Below the pieces are notes generated by a model. The model worked only from the letters and a program-made list of their open reading frames with translations, was not told the origin of the DNA and did not search any database. Positions 1 through 12,534 of a DNA stretch of 64,000 bases are shown in pieces. The first letter of the stretch is position 1; each line of letters opens with the position of its first letter. The translations under genes were made by a program, and so were the position numbers. Location of the stretch: assembly GCA_051362555.1 (NCBI GenBank), contig CM120640.1, positions 44,370,788 to 44,434,787 on the forward strand, in the 5' to 3' direction. The stretch comes from Lingula anatina. Lineage: Eukaryota; Animalia; Brachiopoda.

Positions 1-1576
1 TTTGCCTTGAAACTTACAGAACTGATGAATATTCATAATACGCAGGTCAAGTTCGAAAATCAGCATGATCGGGTCACTTTTAGGGAATTTATGCTGTTTT
101 TTCACTTTTTTTCAGCATATATGCAGCACCGATAACACGATAAGTGGAAAACCATTTTACCTTTTGACTTGAAACTTACAGAACTGATGAATATTCATAA
201 TACGCAGGTCAAGTTCGAAAATCAGCATGATTGGGCCATTTTTAGGGAATTTATGCTGTTTTTTCACTATTTTCAATATTAATACAACACTGATAACACA
301 ATATAAGAAAAACGGATTGGCCAATTGTAATCATACTCACAGGAGTGGTCAATCTTACTAAAACGCAGGTTGAGTTCGAAAATCAGCATAATCAGGCCAT
401 TATTTTAGAAGTTATACTGTTTTTCACATTTCCTCAGATTCAATTATTAGGCATGTTAACAGTCTCATTATTTAACTAATAAGATGCCTAAAAGTGTTTG
501 TTTGATATTTCCTGCATCTTTACAACATTGTCAGTTGATTATGTAAAAAACATGGTAAACTTGTTATCATGTATTGTGTAATAAAGTGTCAAAAATGGAA
601 ATAAACTCATATCATTGCAGTTTGTCAGATTCATCATCCACTATGTTCAGAATCTCAGAATGGAGGAAATTGGACATTTAACACTGTTCTATTGATACTT
701 TTCCCATCTCATCAATTTTCTTAGTTGGTCATATAAAATGGCAGTAAAATGTTTATTTTGTTTTATGTTAAAAAAGTGTTAAAAATGGAAATAAACCCAT
801 TTCAGAACAGTGCTGTCTTGTTTACATTTTGGCATTTTCAAGGCGTGACTTTGAAGTTCCATGGGCCTGAAGACCTTTGCTAGTCACATTTTCTGAATAT
901 CTGTGAAACAAATATTTTATAATTAAAAATTGATGGTCATTAAGCTGTTAAACATTATGTAATATTGCATCAAAATTTGAAGAAACCCCTATTTTGGGCA
1001 CTGCTTCCATGATGACCATTTAAGGAAAATCATGTCACTTACTGTTCTCAAACTTACAGGAAAGAAACATGGGACTAAAATACAGCTTCAGTAGGCAATG
1101 CAGTCTGTTTGGTATTTTTATTTATTTATTTATTTATTTTGGCAGTTAAACAGTTTTTTGTGAAAATTTAATTTTTCACATATTGGCATTTTCAAGGTGT
1201 GACTTTAAAGTTCCATGATCTTGAAGACTTTTGCTTGTCACATTTTCTGAATGTCCATGTTACTAATATTTTATTAATAACATTTGATTGTCATTATGCT
1301 GTTAAACATTATGTAATGTTGCATCAAAATTTGAAGAAACCCCTATTTTGGGCACTGCTCCTATGATGACCATTTAAGGGAAATCATGTCACTTACTGTT
1401 CTCAAACTTACAGGAAAGAAACATGGGTCTAACATACAGCTTCAATAGGCAATGCAGTCTGTTTGGTAAATTTTTCTGGCAATTTAACAGTTTTTTGTGA
1501 AAATTTAATTTTTCACTTATTTGCATCTTTATTTTCTGTTCTTTGTCTGTACATTTGACAGCTTTGCTGCCTTGTT
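1..1576 (+). mobile_element. Non-autonomous Helentron/DINE-1-like (HINE) element, 5' end outside window
   Basis: Near-identical to 12535-14248. Has internal ~161-bp repeats and a ~360-bp internal duplication, 3' subterminal TGTCTGTACAT, a CAGC-TTT-GCTG hairpin and a TT end. Confidence 0.8.
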
Positions 1577-1814
1577 TCACTATCCGTTTGTTAAGATCTT
1601 AACGTAAACTTCCACCTATTATCACCTCATTTGTCTTCATCTTGTCCTCGTCCGCTGTCAGAGGCCAGCCTTATCTATTTCTGACCTCTGCACAGCATTG
1701 ACCAAGACCAAAACACGGAAAAATCAAGTAATGGATCAAAAGGGCGTTACGCGACAATGTGCAGAGTATAAAATCTAGTCTAAGATCATTCACAGTAAAA
1801 ACATTGTAAAGTAA

Positions 1815-1816
<2 letters not shown>

Positions 1817-1856
<40 letters not shown>
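1817..1856. repeat. (AAT)n microsatellite
   Basis: Direct reading; source of the poly-Tyr ORF 1671..1859. Confidence 0.95.
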
Positions 1857-1857
<1 letters not shown>

Positions 1858-2790
1858 ATCTTAAGTGCTAAGTGTTCGGTATTTCACACATTATTCGTGG
1901 AAGGCCTACGACGTGGTCTATGCGTTTGTTCAATAATATCAGCAACAAGATTTTTTCTTAAAATCTATCAATCATACATGTAGATAATTGCACTCATTTG
2001 TATAGATATTAAACGTTTATATATTTCAATGAAAACTTGTAGTGACAGCTTAATTCTTACATATTGATTCTCGATCGCAGCTCTTCACAACTATTTAATT
2101 TAAGTAAACTTATGACGGTTTCCCTTCCTTCGTTTTCCTTTAGCCCTATCTGCAAGCCTCTATCACAGATTGAAACATATCTTTCCTAATGTGATAATTT
2201 TTATTGATCTCATCTGTGAAACTTTTTTCCAGTTTCCTAACTTCACAACTTGTACGGAGTTATCGGTATATGTTGTATATTTTCTTTCTTTAAATAACTT
2301 TTTTTCTTTCTATTTGATTTCCCACTGTAGAATTTCAGCCACTTTTTAAAATATTTTTTTCCAAAATACGACCGTTAATATTTAATATTATCACAACTAA
2401 AAAAAACGAAATAGAATACAAATACAGTAACATGCAAATTTACAATGCTGCCCCCTTACGTAACATTTTTTGTTTCGGGACCTACATGTACTTTTGGTGT
2501 AGTAATACAAGTAGTAATGCTTATCCCGCGAAGTGGTAATATAGGCCTACCATGAAGTATCTTAACATACGTGTTTCGAGATAATCACGGCAAGATGTCA
2601 ATCCTATTCGCACGAAAAGCGTTGACTACAGAAACATTGGCAGTACAGTATAATTTTTCCAAATTCATACATTTAAAAACTCCTTATATTAGTCATTTTA
2701 GGGTAACACGCGTACCGGCTTATTCCAGATATCACTACATACATTTATGTTATATTATTGCCGTATATAAATGTATTAAATTATCAATAC

Positions 2791-3385
2791 CTAAACTTGT
2801 TCGTGTTGTATGATCATAAGCGGGGCCAGTGGAAGGTGTGGGGGTGCGTCCTCTCCATCTTTTCCAATCTCCGTCATCTGTACTGTTGTCCTGTGTCCAG
2901 CCACATAGGTCTTTCTCGAAGTTGCAAGAATCATAGACAGTGTTTCCTGTTTAAAAACCACGAGAGCTCATTAAGATTGTTATAATCAACACATATTTTT
3001 TTCTGAGTATATCATTGAAACATTGAAAGCACCTTCAGTCTTGTGCCCGATTATTCCATTTTACTTGAAAGCTAGTGGGCGGTATTCCATACTTAAAAAA
3101 CGTGGGAGCTCATTCTACAGCTTCTTAAAATGTCTTGACACAAACCAAGAATTTTTGAATCTCAAACGTATTCGATCAAAATAAGCTATTTTGTTCATGA
3201 TATTCTACCACTTTTTTATTTAGTTCTACACTGTATCAGAAACGCTGAAAGTCCCATGCCCTTGCACTGCATTTTACATGAAAGAAAACAACTCTGCATG
3301 TCGTCATATATAAAGAAATAAGGCACAAACCTTGAACGACGACTCCACACAAAAATAAAACGACTGTCAGGGTACATACGACCAT
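2791..3385 (-). CDS. Secreted MAM-domain protein, copy C (partial: signal exon 3331-3385, MAM exon 2791-2946; later exons not in window)
   Basis: ATG 3385 MVVCTLTVVLFLCGVVVQ|G with phase-1 GT donor. The AG..GT exon reads [48 protein letters not shown], matching the MAM N-terminal CxFE..CGW...W...TGP..DHT pattern. Homology to copy B stops at ~2568. Confidence 0.8.
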
Positions 3386-4242
3386 GACGGTTGCCTCTCT
3401 GGCTTAGAACTTTAAATTCCAACAGTATAAATTGTATAGGTTTCCGATCTTACAGTTTCATAATATATCTTCCCAGAAGACAAAAAATCTTCTGACTCAG
3501 AGGCCAATCTGCTTCATTGTGCCTCTAAAATAACCCATGAAAATATAGCTATCATTATCCACTAACAAGTTTACCTTTGTTTATAGGAAACGGATGAGTT
3601 TGATGACTTGTATGTACTAACTTTTACATTATCTCACATTACCTGTGGCGTTTTAGATAGGGGTTGCTAATTTTGCATCAAATACGTATTAGATTAAGGT
3701 GTGTCTTGTTCTTCAATATCACCATTCAGTTGAAGTTTCTCCCAATACCATGGTACAGTAACGATGCTATCACGACCTTAACATATCAGAAACATCGTTG
3801 ATTTGCGTTAGACCCGAATAATACACAGAAAGTCATAAAAGCATGAGTATTTCACTATTTCTACTCTTTTTTACGTGTGAAAAAAAAACTAGTAGAAAAC
3901 ATTCACAAAGAAGCGATTTCAGTGGAGGTCACGGATGTGGGAGGGGAATTGGATTGGATTATGGATTGGATAGTGGGATCTCCTTACCCATGTGCATTCC
4001 CTGTTCCTACCTCTGCCGAACTGTGATGACGTCATCCTCGGTTCTTAACCTTGGGCCGCTTTCAATGAACACTGTCATATATCATATCTGCTGTCATTAA
4101 GTTTTATCTATAGGAACGGCGTCTGCACGAGAAAATACAAGGAGAAGTCACATTGATTTCAAACTATTGGAAATCTTGGAGTTTTTTGGTTGTTTTGTTA
4201 CTATAATGCAGTGGTATACTCGTGCTCGTTTTTTTATTGGTA

Positions 4243-4897
4243 CACTGAGAAAAAAAAAGTGGAGTCATTTGACTCTCTAGTCAGAGTCCAGCACCCCTTG
4301 ACCCTCATGGAGTTATTTTGACCCCTATGTAAGGGTCAAATTACCCCACTACCAGAGTCTTTAGACTCTCTTATCAGAGTCAATAATCCCCTGGCTCTCA
4401 TGGAGGCAATCTGACTCTAAAATCAGAGTCAAATTACCAGGGGGCCAGTGTCTGGCTGACCCATTTCACCGACTCTTTTCGCTCGCTGGACAGTAAGCCT
4501 CGTTTCAGTACTTCTGATGGCAGTGAGCAGACTGCGTGGAGAGAACAGTTTTCATCATCCTTTGTCAGTAAAAGCATTACTTTATTGGCCATAGTTGGTT
4601 TTATGCATGAACACGTGGTTTTCTGTGTGTTTCTGCATGCAGAACTCGTGCACTTATTACTGGCCCGGGCTTTCAGTTGCCCACACCCTTTATGTGATAT
4701 GTTGGTATACAGGTCAGCAGGTTTTGTTTCCAGGTTGTAGGTTTGACCAGGCCAATGCATGTCACTGGGGAGGTATGCTCACTCATTGGTATATTTGTGA
4801 CTATTAATTATCATTCGGAGGCGGACACTCTAACCGGTCGCATACGATTTTGAAAAAGCAATAACAAACAGTTTGTAAATCTGGTAATAACCAGCAC

Positions 4898-4971
<74 letters not shown>

Positions 4972-5194
4972 CCAAGGAGTCAAAAATTCCTTAATATGGG
5001 GTCATGGTGACTCTTTTGTAGAGATAAATCAAGGGATGAAGGGATGTATGAGTGGAGTTAATTGTCACCCTCCTGTGGGGTCTGGGATGGCGTTACTTCA
5101 TCGGAGTCAAGTTGACTCCAATTGGGAGTTATTTTAGGCACATCTGCTGGACTCCAAGTTTGGAGTCACTTGGACTCCGATTTTATTCTCAGTG
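4243..5194. mobile_element. Non-autonomous CACTA/EnSpm-like DNA transposon
   Basis: Termini CACTGAGAA...TTCTCAGTG flanked by TA, with many GAGTC/GACTC subterminal repeats at both ends and an internal (AT)n at ~4901-4968. A second copy lies at 9916-11163. Confidence 0.75.
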
Positions 5195-7038
5195 TAGGTA
5201 CAGTAGCATTGATAATGAGACCAAGTATTCATACAGTGCACCAGATTCACACACTCTTAATTTTGTTTTTAAAAGGGATCCCAGTTGTAATGTTTCCAGC
5301 ATGTGGCATTTTCAGCATTTTTGGATATGTTACGGCCCTTTTCTCCTTCACTTTTATCCTAACATTTTAGACTGTTAACAAAAGTAACAACGCGGTATTG
5401 TAAAGACAATAAAGATTTTAATTTGATTACATAATTTATTTCAGAAAGTAAAAGACCTAGTTCTAGCGTTTCTCTCTTTTTTTCTTAATTCCGTGATATT
5501 CAGAAAGACCGTTTCTCCCATAATCATTCACATGTATGTGTATTTCTTTTTGTTGAAAGTTTTTGTAAAGAGAACTGTATGGATATTTTAACAAATACCA
5601 GGTAAAGCAACAACAATAAAAAACAATAACACTCACATTGTCATTTATTATGGTATTCCACCACCACTATAAGCACGTTAAATCAACATGAATTTTTTTC
5701 TTTCGCATTGTCGTCTTGGGAGAGTAAGAGGTATAAATATACATGTATCATACACAATCCCAAAGTTTTCAAATCTGCATGTATATCTAGCACTTGTGCC
5801 GAGTTCTTGTACACGAAGATTTTTGATCCACTTATGTTGTTTCCAAAGCTTGAATTTCGTTTCTCTTAACTTGTTATTACGAGAATCCTGCAAAAAAAAA
5901 TAATTAATAGTCACTTGGGTTACTATAATTCAAAATTATGAAATTCCATTGTCCTCAAAAATATGTTTAGAACAGGAAAATATGTATTGTCCCTTTATAA
6001 ACAATGTTCGAAAATTTTAATATCTCTAATAAATCATGCTTCACTACCTTTGCCTTGACACCCGGGGTTACAGCTCATCTTCGATGTTCCACGTTTCCTT
6101 ACAAGGCTGCACGTTAGTGATCAGCAACAGTTAGTTGATTTACAACGGAGATCCTAGGGTGAGTTTTAAAACATACATGTAGCATGAGGTATACATACAC
6201 GTTCATTTCTGCATTATGTTTTCTTTATTGTGCCAATCATATTTTATGCGAATAACCATTTCAGAGATTAAGAATGAAAGGAAAAATATGTCTAAGGTCA
6301 ATATAATTGCAATACCATGGATTTCAATGGACAAGAAAATGTAGTTTCAATGGACCTACACAATATTTTACAGACTTATCGCAAATAAAAAAGATATTTT
6401 AGGCAAATAAGCATGATACCTACTGGCATTATTCATATCTGATAGAGGCTTGATGACGTGGTATGGTTACGAAATGTTAAGGAAAACACCAGTGGAAGAG
6501 GATGAAATGATTTGCTATATAATGTACAAGTATAGACACATTACAAATGATTTTAAAATATTAAGAATTACTTAACTCAAGATGAAACGATATAATAATC
6601 ACAATGGAAAATAAACTGAAAATAAATATACGTATTTTGCATTGATAAAAAAGCATAAAAAATACAGAGATGGCCATAGCATTAGTATATTGTACATGTA
6701 TATATAAGCATTGCATATAATTACTCATTTTCTTGCTTTTATCAAAAGAATTTAGGGAAAAAAGGGATGATTTGGCGAAAGTGTATCTATACTACAAGGC
6801 CATTTCTGGAAAAAATATAATTTAGTGCTCTCATCCATTTTGATTTTTGGGAAACCAATATGCACACACAAATCAGTTACCTTTTTCAATTTATTTTGCA
6901 GAGCTATTTCTGGAGTTCCCACCCCAATTAAATTTTGATAAAAATAATGAAAAAAACTTGTAGGTCTACCGATTTGTCGGAGAGGTGATCATCAAATCAG
7001 AATTCAAAAAATGGATGTTAATAGATGCAACACCTTAC

Positions 7039-9051
7039 CGCTATATTTGGCCGTAAAACTCATTGGCAGGGTCGTTGTGACAGTAGTTGTTGGACAAACC
7101 AATCGACGGCCCTCTGAATTTAAATGTAATTACTCTTATACGTATAAGTATTCATTCTCGCTTGTTTAGATAAAAACAAATGAATCAATTTCAGAAATAA
7201 TGTCATGAAATAAAACGAAACACCACAAACATATCATCACTTCGTGTGTTCTTATACATGTACATTAGGAACATGACTACAAATTTAGATGTTTATCTAA
7301 GTGCAATTTCAAACATATTTGTCTTTCACATTTACACGAATGGAAATACTCACCATCACACTTGAAAAACTTCAAATCATCCACGGCGATGTCACTTATT
7401 GTAGTGCCAGTCGTATCGATAGCCTCAATTATAATCTAAATAAGAGATGGATGATATAATATTAGACCATCTATTTTATTTTTACTTATATTGTTGAACT
7501 GGACACTAGTACCAAATATTATAAACTAAATTGAAAAGCACTATTGTAATTTAATGAAATGATTGTTTTACCTGGAATGGTTGTGTTTGACATGGGATAG
7601 TCATGTTGCCATGGATCCATATATCTTTATGGTTACCCTGATCACTGAATATCGGTGTTAAATTCTTAGAGCCTTTAGCCTGGATGTAGACATTCAATTG
7701 GCCAGTATCTTAAAGAAAAAAACATCAATTGTTCGCTGCTTAATTTGAGAGTGAAGGGGTGAAAAGGGTGTCACGTCAAATTTCAATCTTGTATATTCAT
7801 GTATATGAATAGCTAATAAATTAATTAGCGTCAACGCATCCTTCCTGTGATACATGTATTAATCAATACCAAGTAAGCCGTATGTAATTTTCAAACAGCA
7901 ATGTTATTACCAAACGAATATGATTTGAATGATTTTCAAGCTTACTTACGATCGTCTTGACTGAGTCCGAAATCGAAAAGTTTATCAAACATATGATACC
8001 AGAGTTCGAAGCAACTGCGACTTTGTTCTGGTTGAAACAAAGGTGACATCAGGTGCACTTTATCATTCTTGGCCGTGTGACTTGATTCCATATATATGAA
8101 AAACCCTAAACATATATATGAAATATACATTTTAGTAATATTAATACAAATGATCATTTAAACGTACTCTGCCATTTCGTTTCTACAGATCATGAACATC
8201 AAATTAAAATTAACGTTTCATTATACATGTAGGTACGTGTTTCGAGATAATCACGGCACGATGTCAATCCTATTCGCACGAAAAGCGTTGACTACAGAAA
8301 CATTGGCAGTACAGTATTATTTTTCCAAATTCATACATTTAAAAACTCCTTATATTACTCATTTTAGGGTAACGCGCGTACCAGCTTATTCCAAATATCA
8401 CTACATACATTTATGTTATATTATTGCCGTATATAAATATATTTAATTGTCAATACCTAAACTTGTTCGTGTTGTATGATCATAGACGGGGCCAGTGGAA
8501 GGTGTGGGGGTGCGTCCTCTCCATCTTTTCCAATCTCCGTCATCTGTACTGTTGTCCTGTGTCCAGCCACATAGGTCTTTCTCGAAGTTGCAAGAATCAT
8601 AGACAGTGTTTCCTGTTTAATAACCACGAGAGCTCATTAAGATTGTTATAATCAACATATATTTTTTTCTGAGTAATTCATTGAAACATTGAAAGCACCT
8701 TTAATCTTGTGCTCGATTATTCCATTTTGCTTGAAAGCTAGTGAGCGGTATTCCATACTTAAAAAACGTGGGAGCTCATTCTACAGCTTCTTAAAATGTC
8801 TTGACACAAACCAAGAATTTTTGAATCTCAAACGTATTCGATCAAAATAAGCTATTTTGTTCATGATATTCTACCACTTTTTTATTTAGTTCTACACTGT
8901 ATCAGAAACGCTGAAAGTCCCATGCCCTTGCACTGCATTTTACATGAAAGAAAACAACTCTGCATGTCGTCATATATAAAGAGATACGGCACAAACCTTG
9001 AACGACGACTCCACACAAAAATAAAACGACTGTCAGGGTACATACGACCAT
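7039..9051 (-). CDS. Secreted single-MAM-domain protein with Thr-rich tail, copy B; exons 8997-9051, 8457-8612, 7950-8105, 7572-7708, 7354-7435, 7039-7113 (terminal exon unresolved)
   Basis: All junctions are GT-AG with matching phases, giving an open 220-aa frame: signal peptide, SCNFEKDLCGW..., GFFIYMESS...LMSP...SCFELWYHMF..., LNVYI...GNHKDIWIHG...PFQ, IIIEA...DIAVDDLKFFKC, then RLVCPTTTVTTT. These are canonical MAM motifs. Confidence 0.88.
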
Positions 9052-10578
9052 GACGGTTGCCTCTCTGGTTTAGAACTTTAAATTCCAACAGTATAAATTG
9101 TATAGGTTTCCGATCTTACAGTTTCATAATATATCTTCCCAAAAGACAAAAAATCTTCTGACTCAGAGGCCAATCTGCTTCATTGTGCCTCTAAAATAAC
9201 CCATGAAAATATAGCTATCATTATCCACTAACAAGTTTACCTTTGTTTATAGGAAACGGATGAGTTTGGTGACTTGTATATACTAACTTTTACATTATCT
9301 CACATTACCTGTGGCGTTTTAGATAGGGGTTGCTAATTTTGCATCAAATACGTATTAGATTAAGGTGTGTCTTGTTCTTCAATATCACCATTCAGTTGAA
9401 GTTTCTCCCAATACCATGGTACAGTAACGATGCTATCACGACCTTAACATATCAGAAACAACTTTGATTTGTGTTAGACCCGAATGATACACAGAAAGTC
9501 ATAAAAGCATGAGTATTTTACTATTTCTACTCCTTTTTACGTGTGAAAAAAAAACTAGTAGAAAACATTCACAAAGAAGCGATTTCAGTGGAGGTCACAG
9601 ATGTGGGAGGGGAATTGGATTGGATTATGGATTGGATAGTGGGATATCCTTACCCATGTGCATTCCCTGTTCCTACCTCTGCCGAATTGTGATGACGTCA
9701 TCCTCGGTTCTTAACCTTGGTCCGCTTTCAATGAACACTGTCACATATCGCTTCTTAAGGAGCTGCTGTTATTATGTTTTATTTATTGGAAGGGCATCTG
9801 CACGAGAAAATACAAGGAGAAGTCACATTGATTTCAAACTATTGGAAATCTTGGATTTTTTTGGTTGTTTTCTTACTAATGCAGTGGTATACTCGTGCTC
9901 GTTTTTTTATTGGTACACTGAGAATAAAATAGGAGTCATTTGACTCTCTAGTCAGAGTCCAGCATCCCTTGACCCTCATGGAGTTATTTTGACTCCTATA
10001 TAAGGGTCAAATTACCCCACTACCAGAGTCTTTAGACTCTCTTATCAGAGTCAATCACCCCCTGGCTCTCATGGAGGCAATCTGAGCAATCAGAGTCAAA
10101 TTACCAGGGGGCCAGTGTCTGGCTGACCCATTTCACCGACACTTTTCGCTCGCTGGACAGTAAGCCTCGTTTCAGTACTTGTGATGGCAGTGAGCAGACT
10201 GCGTGGGGAGAACAGTTTTCATCATCCTTTGTCAGTAAAAGCATTACTTTATTGGCCATAGTTGGTTTTATGCATGAACACGTGGTTTTCTGTGTGTTTC
10301 TGCATGCAAAACTCGTGCACTTATTACTGGCCCGGGCTTTCAGTTGCCCACACCCTTTATGTGATATGTTGGTATACAGGTCAGCAGGTTTTGTTTCCAG
10401 CAGGTTGTAGGTTTGACCAGGCCAATGCATGTCACTGGGGAGGTATGCTCACTCATTGGTATATTTGTGACTATTAATTATCATTCGGAGGCGGACACTC
10501 TAACCACACGGTCATCCGGTCGCATACGATTTTGAAACAGCAATAACAAACAGTTTTTAAATCTGGTAATAACCAGCA

Positions 10579-10613
<35 letters not shown>

Positions 10614-10641
10614 TTGTTATTGCTGTTTCAAAACCGTATGC

Positions 10642-10868
10642 GACTGGATGGCAGTGTGGTTAGAGTGTCCACGTCCGCCGAAGCGGGTTACCCTAGGTTC
10701 TAGATTCCGGTATTGCCAGCTCGATCTTGATTTCATATATAACCCATATCAACAATACCGTAAAAGCGACTCAATCACAAGGTATATATATTTAACAAGA
10801 TAGCTTTTACGTTGCTATGACACTCAGTGTAAAGCGGGTGGACATGGGTTCAAATCCTCCGGGGGACA
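10642..10868 (+). pseudogene. tRNA-derived (SINE-head-like) sequence split by a MITE
   Basis: A-box-like TGGCAGTGTGG (~10649) and B-box GGTTCAAATCC (~10847) are brought to tRNA-like spacing when 10689-10831 and one TSD are removed. No clean cloverleaf. Confidence 0.5.
10689..10831. mobile_element. ~145-bp MITE with 8-bp TSD
   Basis: TACCCTAGG...CTCAGTGTA flanked by AAGCGGGT on both sides; homolog at 53979-54130. Confidence 0.85.
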
Positions 10869-11439
10869 AATGGGTCTTTAATAAATGGTACCTATCTCCC
10901 CGCTCGTCAATGTTGCTGCTGATTTTTTTTTAATAATGAGCCAAGGAGTCAAAAATTCCTTAATATGGGGTCATGGTGACTCTTTTGTAGAGATAAATCA
11001 AGGGATAAAGGGATGTGTGAATGGAGTCAATTGTGACCCTCCTGTGGGGTCTTGGATGGCGTTACTTCATCGGAGTCAACTTGACTCCAATTGGGAGTTA
11101 TTTTAGGCACCACTGCTGGACTCCAAGTTTGGAGTCACTTGGACTCCGATTTTATTCTCAGTGTAGGTACAGTAGCATTGATAATGAGACCAAGTATTCA
11201 TACAGTGCACCAGATTCACACGCTCTAATTTTGTTTTTAAAAGGGATCCCAGTTGTAATGTTTCCAGCATGCGGCATTTTCAGCATTTTTGGATAGGTTA
11301 CGGCCCTTTTCTCCTTCACTTTTATCCTTAGACTGCTAACAAAAGTAACAACGCGGTATTGTAAAGACAGTAAAGATTTTAATTTGATTACATAATTTAT
11401 TTCAGAAAGTAAAAGACCTAGTTCTAGCGTTTCTCTCTT

Positions 11440-12018
11440 TTTATGTACAGACACAGATTCAGCACAGTGCTGTCTTGTTTACATTTTGGCATTTTCAAGG
11501 AGTGACTTTGAAGTTCCATGGGCCTGAAGACCTTTGCTAGTCACATTTTCTGAATATCTGTGAAACAAATATTTTATAATTAAAAATTGATGGTCATTAA
11601 GCTGTTAAACATTATGTAATATTGCATCAAAATTTGAAGAAACCCCTATTTTGGGCACTGCTTCCATGATGACCATTTAAGGAAAATCATGTCACTTACT
11701 GTTCTCAAACTTACAGGAAAGAAACATGGGACTAAAATACAGCTTCAGTAGGCAATGCAGTCTGTTTGGTATTTTTATTTATTTATTTATTTATTTTGGC
11801 AGTTAAACAGTTTTTTGTGAAAATTTAATTTTTCACATATTGGCATTTTCAAGGTGTGACTTTAAAGTTCCATGATCTTGAAGACTTTTGCTTGTCACAT
11901 TTTCTGAATGTCCATGTTATTTATTATTGCATCAAAATTGACAAAATGACCTTTTTTGCATCTTTATTTTCTGTTTTTTTTTTTTTGTCTGTACATTTGA
12001 CAGCTTTGCTGCCTTGTT
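11440..12018 (+). mobile_element. Internally deleted HINE/Helentron derivative
   Basis: Keeps the 5' TTTTATGTACAGACACAG and 3' TGTCTGTACATTTGACAGCTTTGCTGCCTTGTT ends. The paralogous site at ~5475-5485 is an empty T-run. Confidence 0.85.
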
Positions 12019-12534
12019 TTTCTTAATTCCGTGATATTCAGCAAGACGTTTCTCCCATAATCATTCACATGTAAGTGTATTTCTTTTTGTTGAAAGTTTT
12101 TGTAGAGAGAACTGTTTGGATATTTTAACAAATACCGGGTAAACAACAACAATAAAAAAACAATAACACTCACATTGTCATTTATTATGGTATTCCACCA
12201 CCACTTTAAGCACGTTAAATTAACTTGAATTTTTTTCTTTCGCATTGTCGTCTTGGGAGAGTAAGAGGTATAAATATACATGTATCATACACAATCCCAA
12301 AGTTTTCAAATCTGCATGTATATCTAGCACTTGTGCCGAGTTCTTGTACACGAGGGTTTTTGATCCACTTATGTTGTTTCCAAAGCTTGAATTTCGTTTC
12401 TCTGAACTTGTTATTACGAGAATCCTGCAAAAAAAAAGATAATTAATAGTCATTTGGGTTACTATAATTCAAAATTATGAAATTCCATTGTCCTCAAAAA
12501 TATGTTTAGAACAGGAAAATATGCATTGTCCCTT

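Larger units (their letters stand above)
9916..11163. mobile_element. Non-autonomous CACTA/EnSpm-like element, longer copy with internal palindrome and nested MITE
   Basis: Same termini and equivalent position as 4243-5194, with ~330 extra bp after the (AT)n tract. Confidence 0.75.

Noticed and set aside
10642-10868. Functional tRNA gene
   Set aside because: Interrupted by a MITE, and no convincing acceptor stem or cloverleaf.
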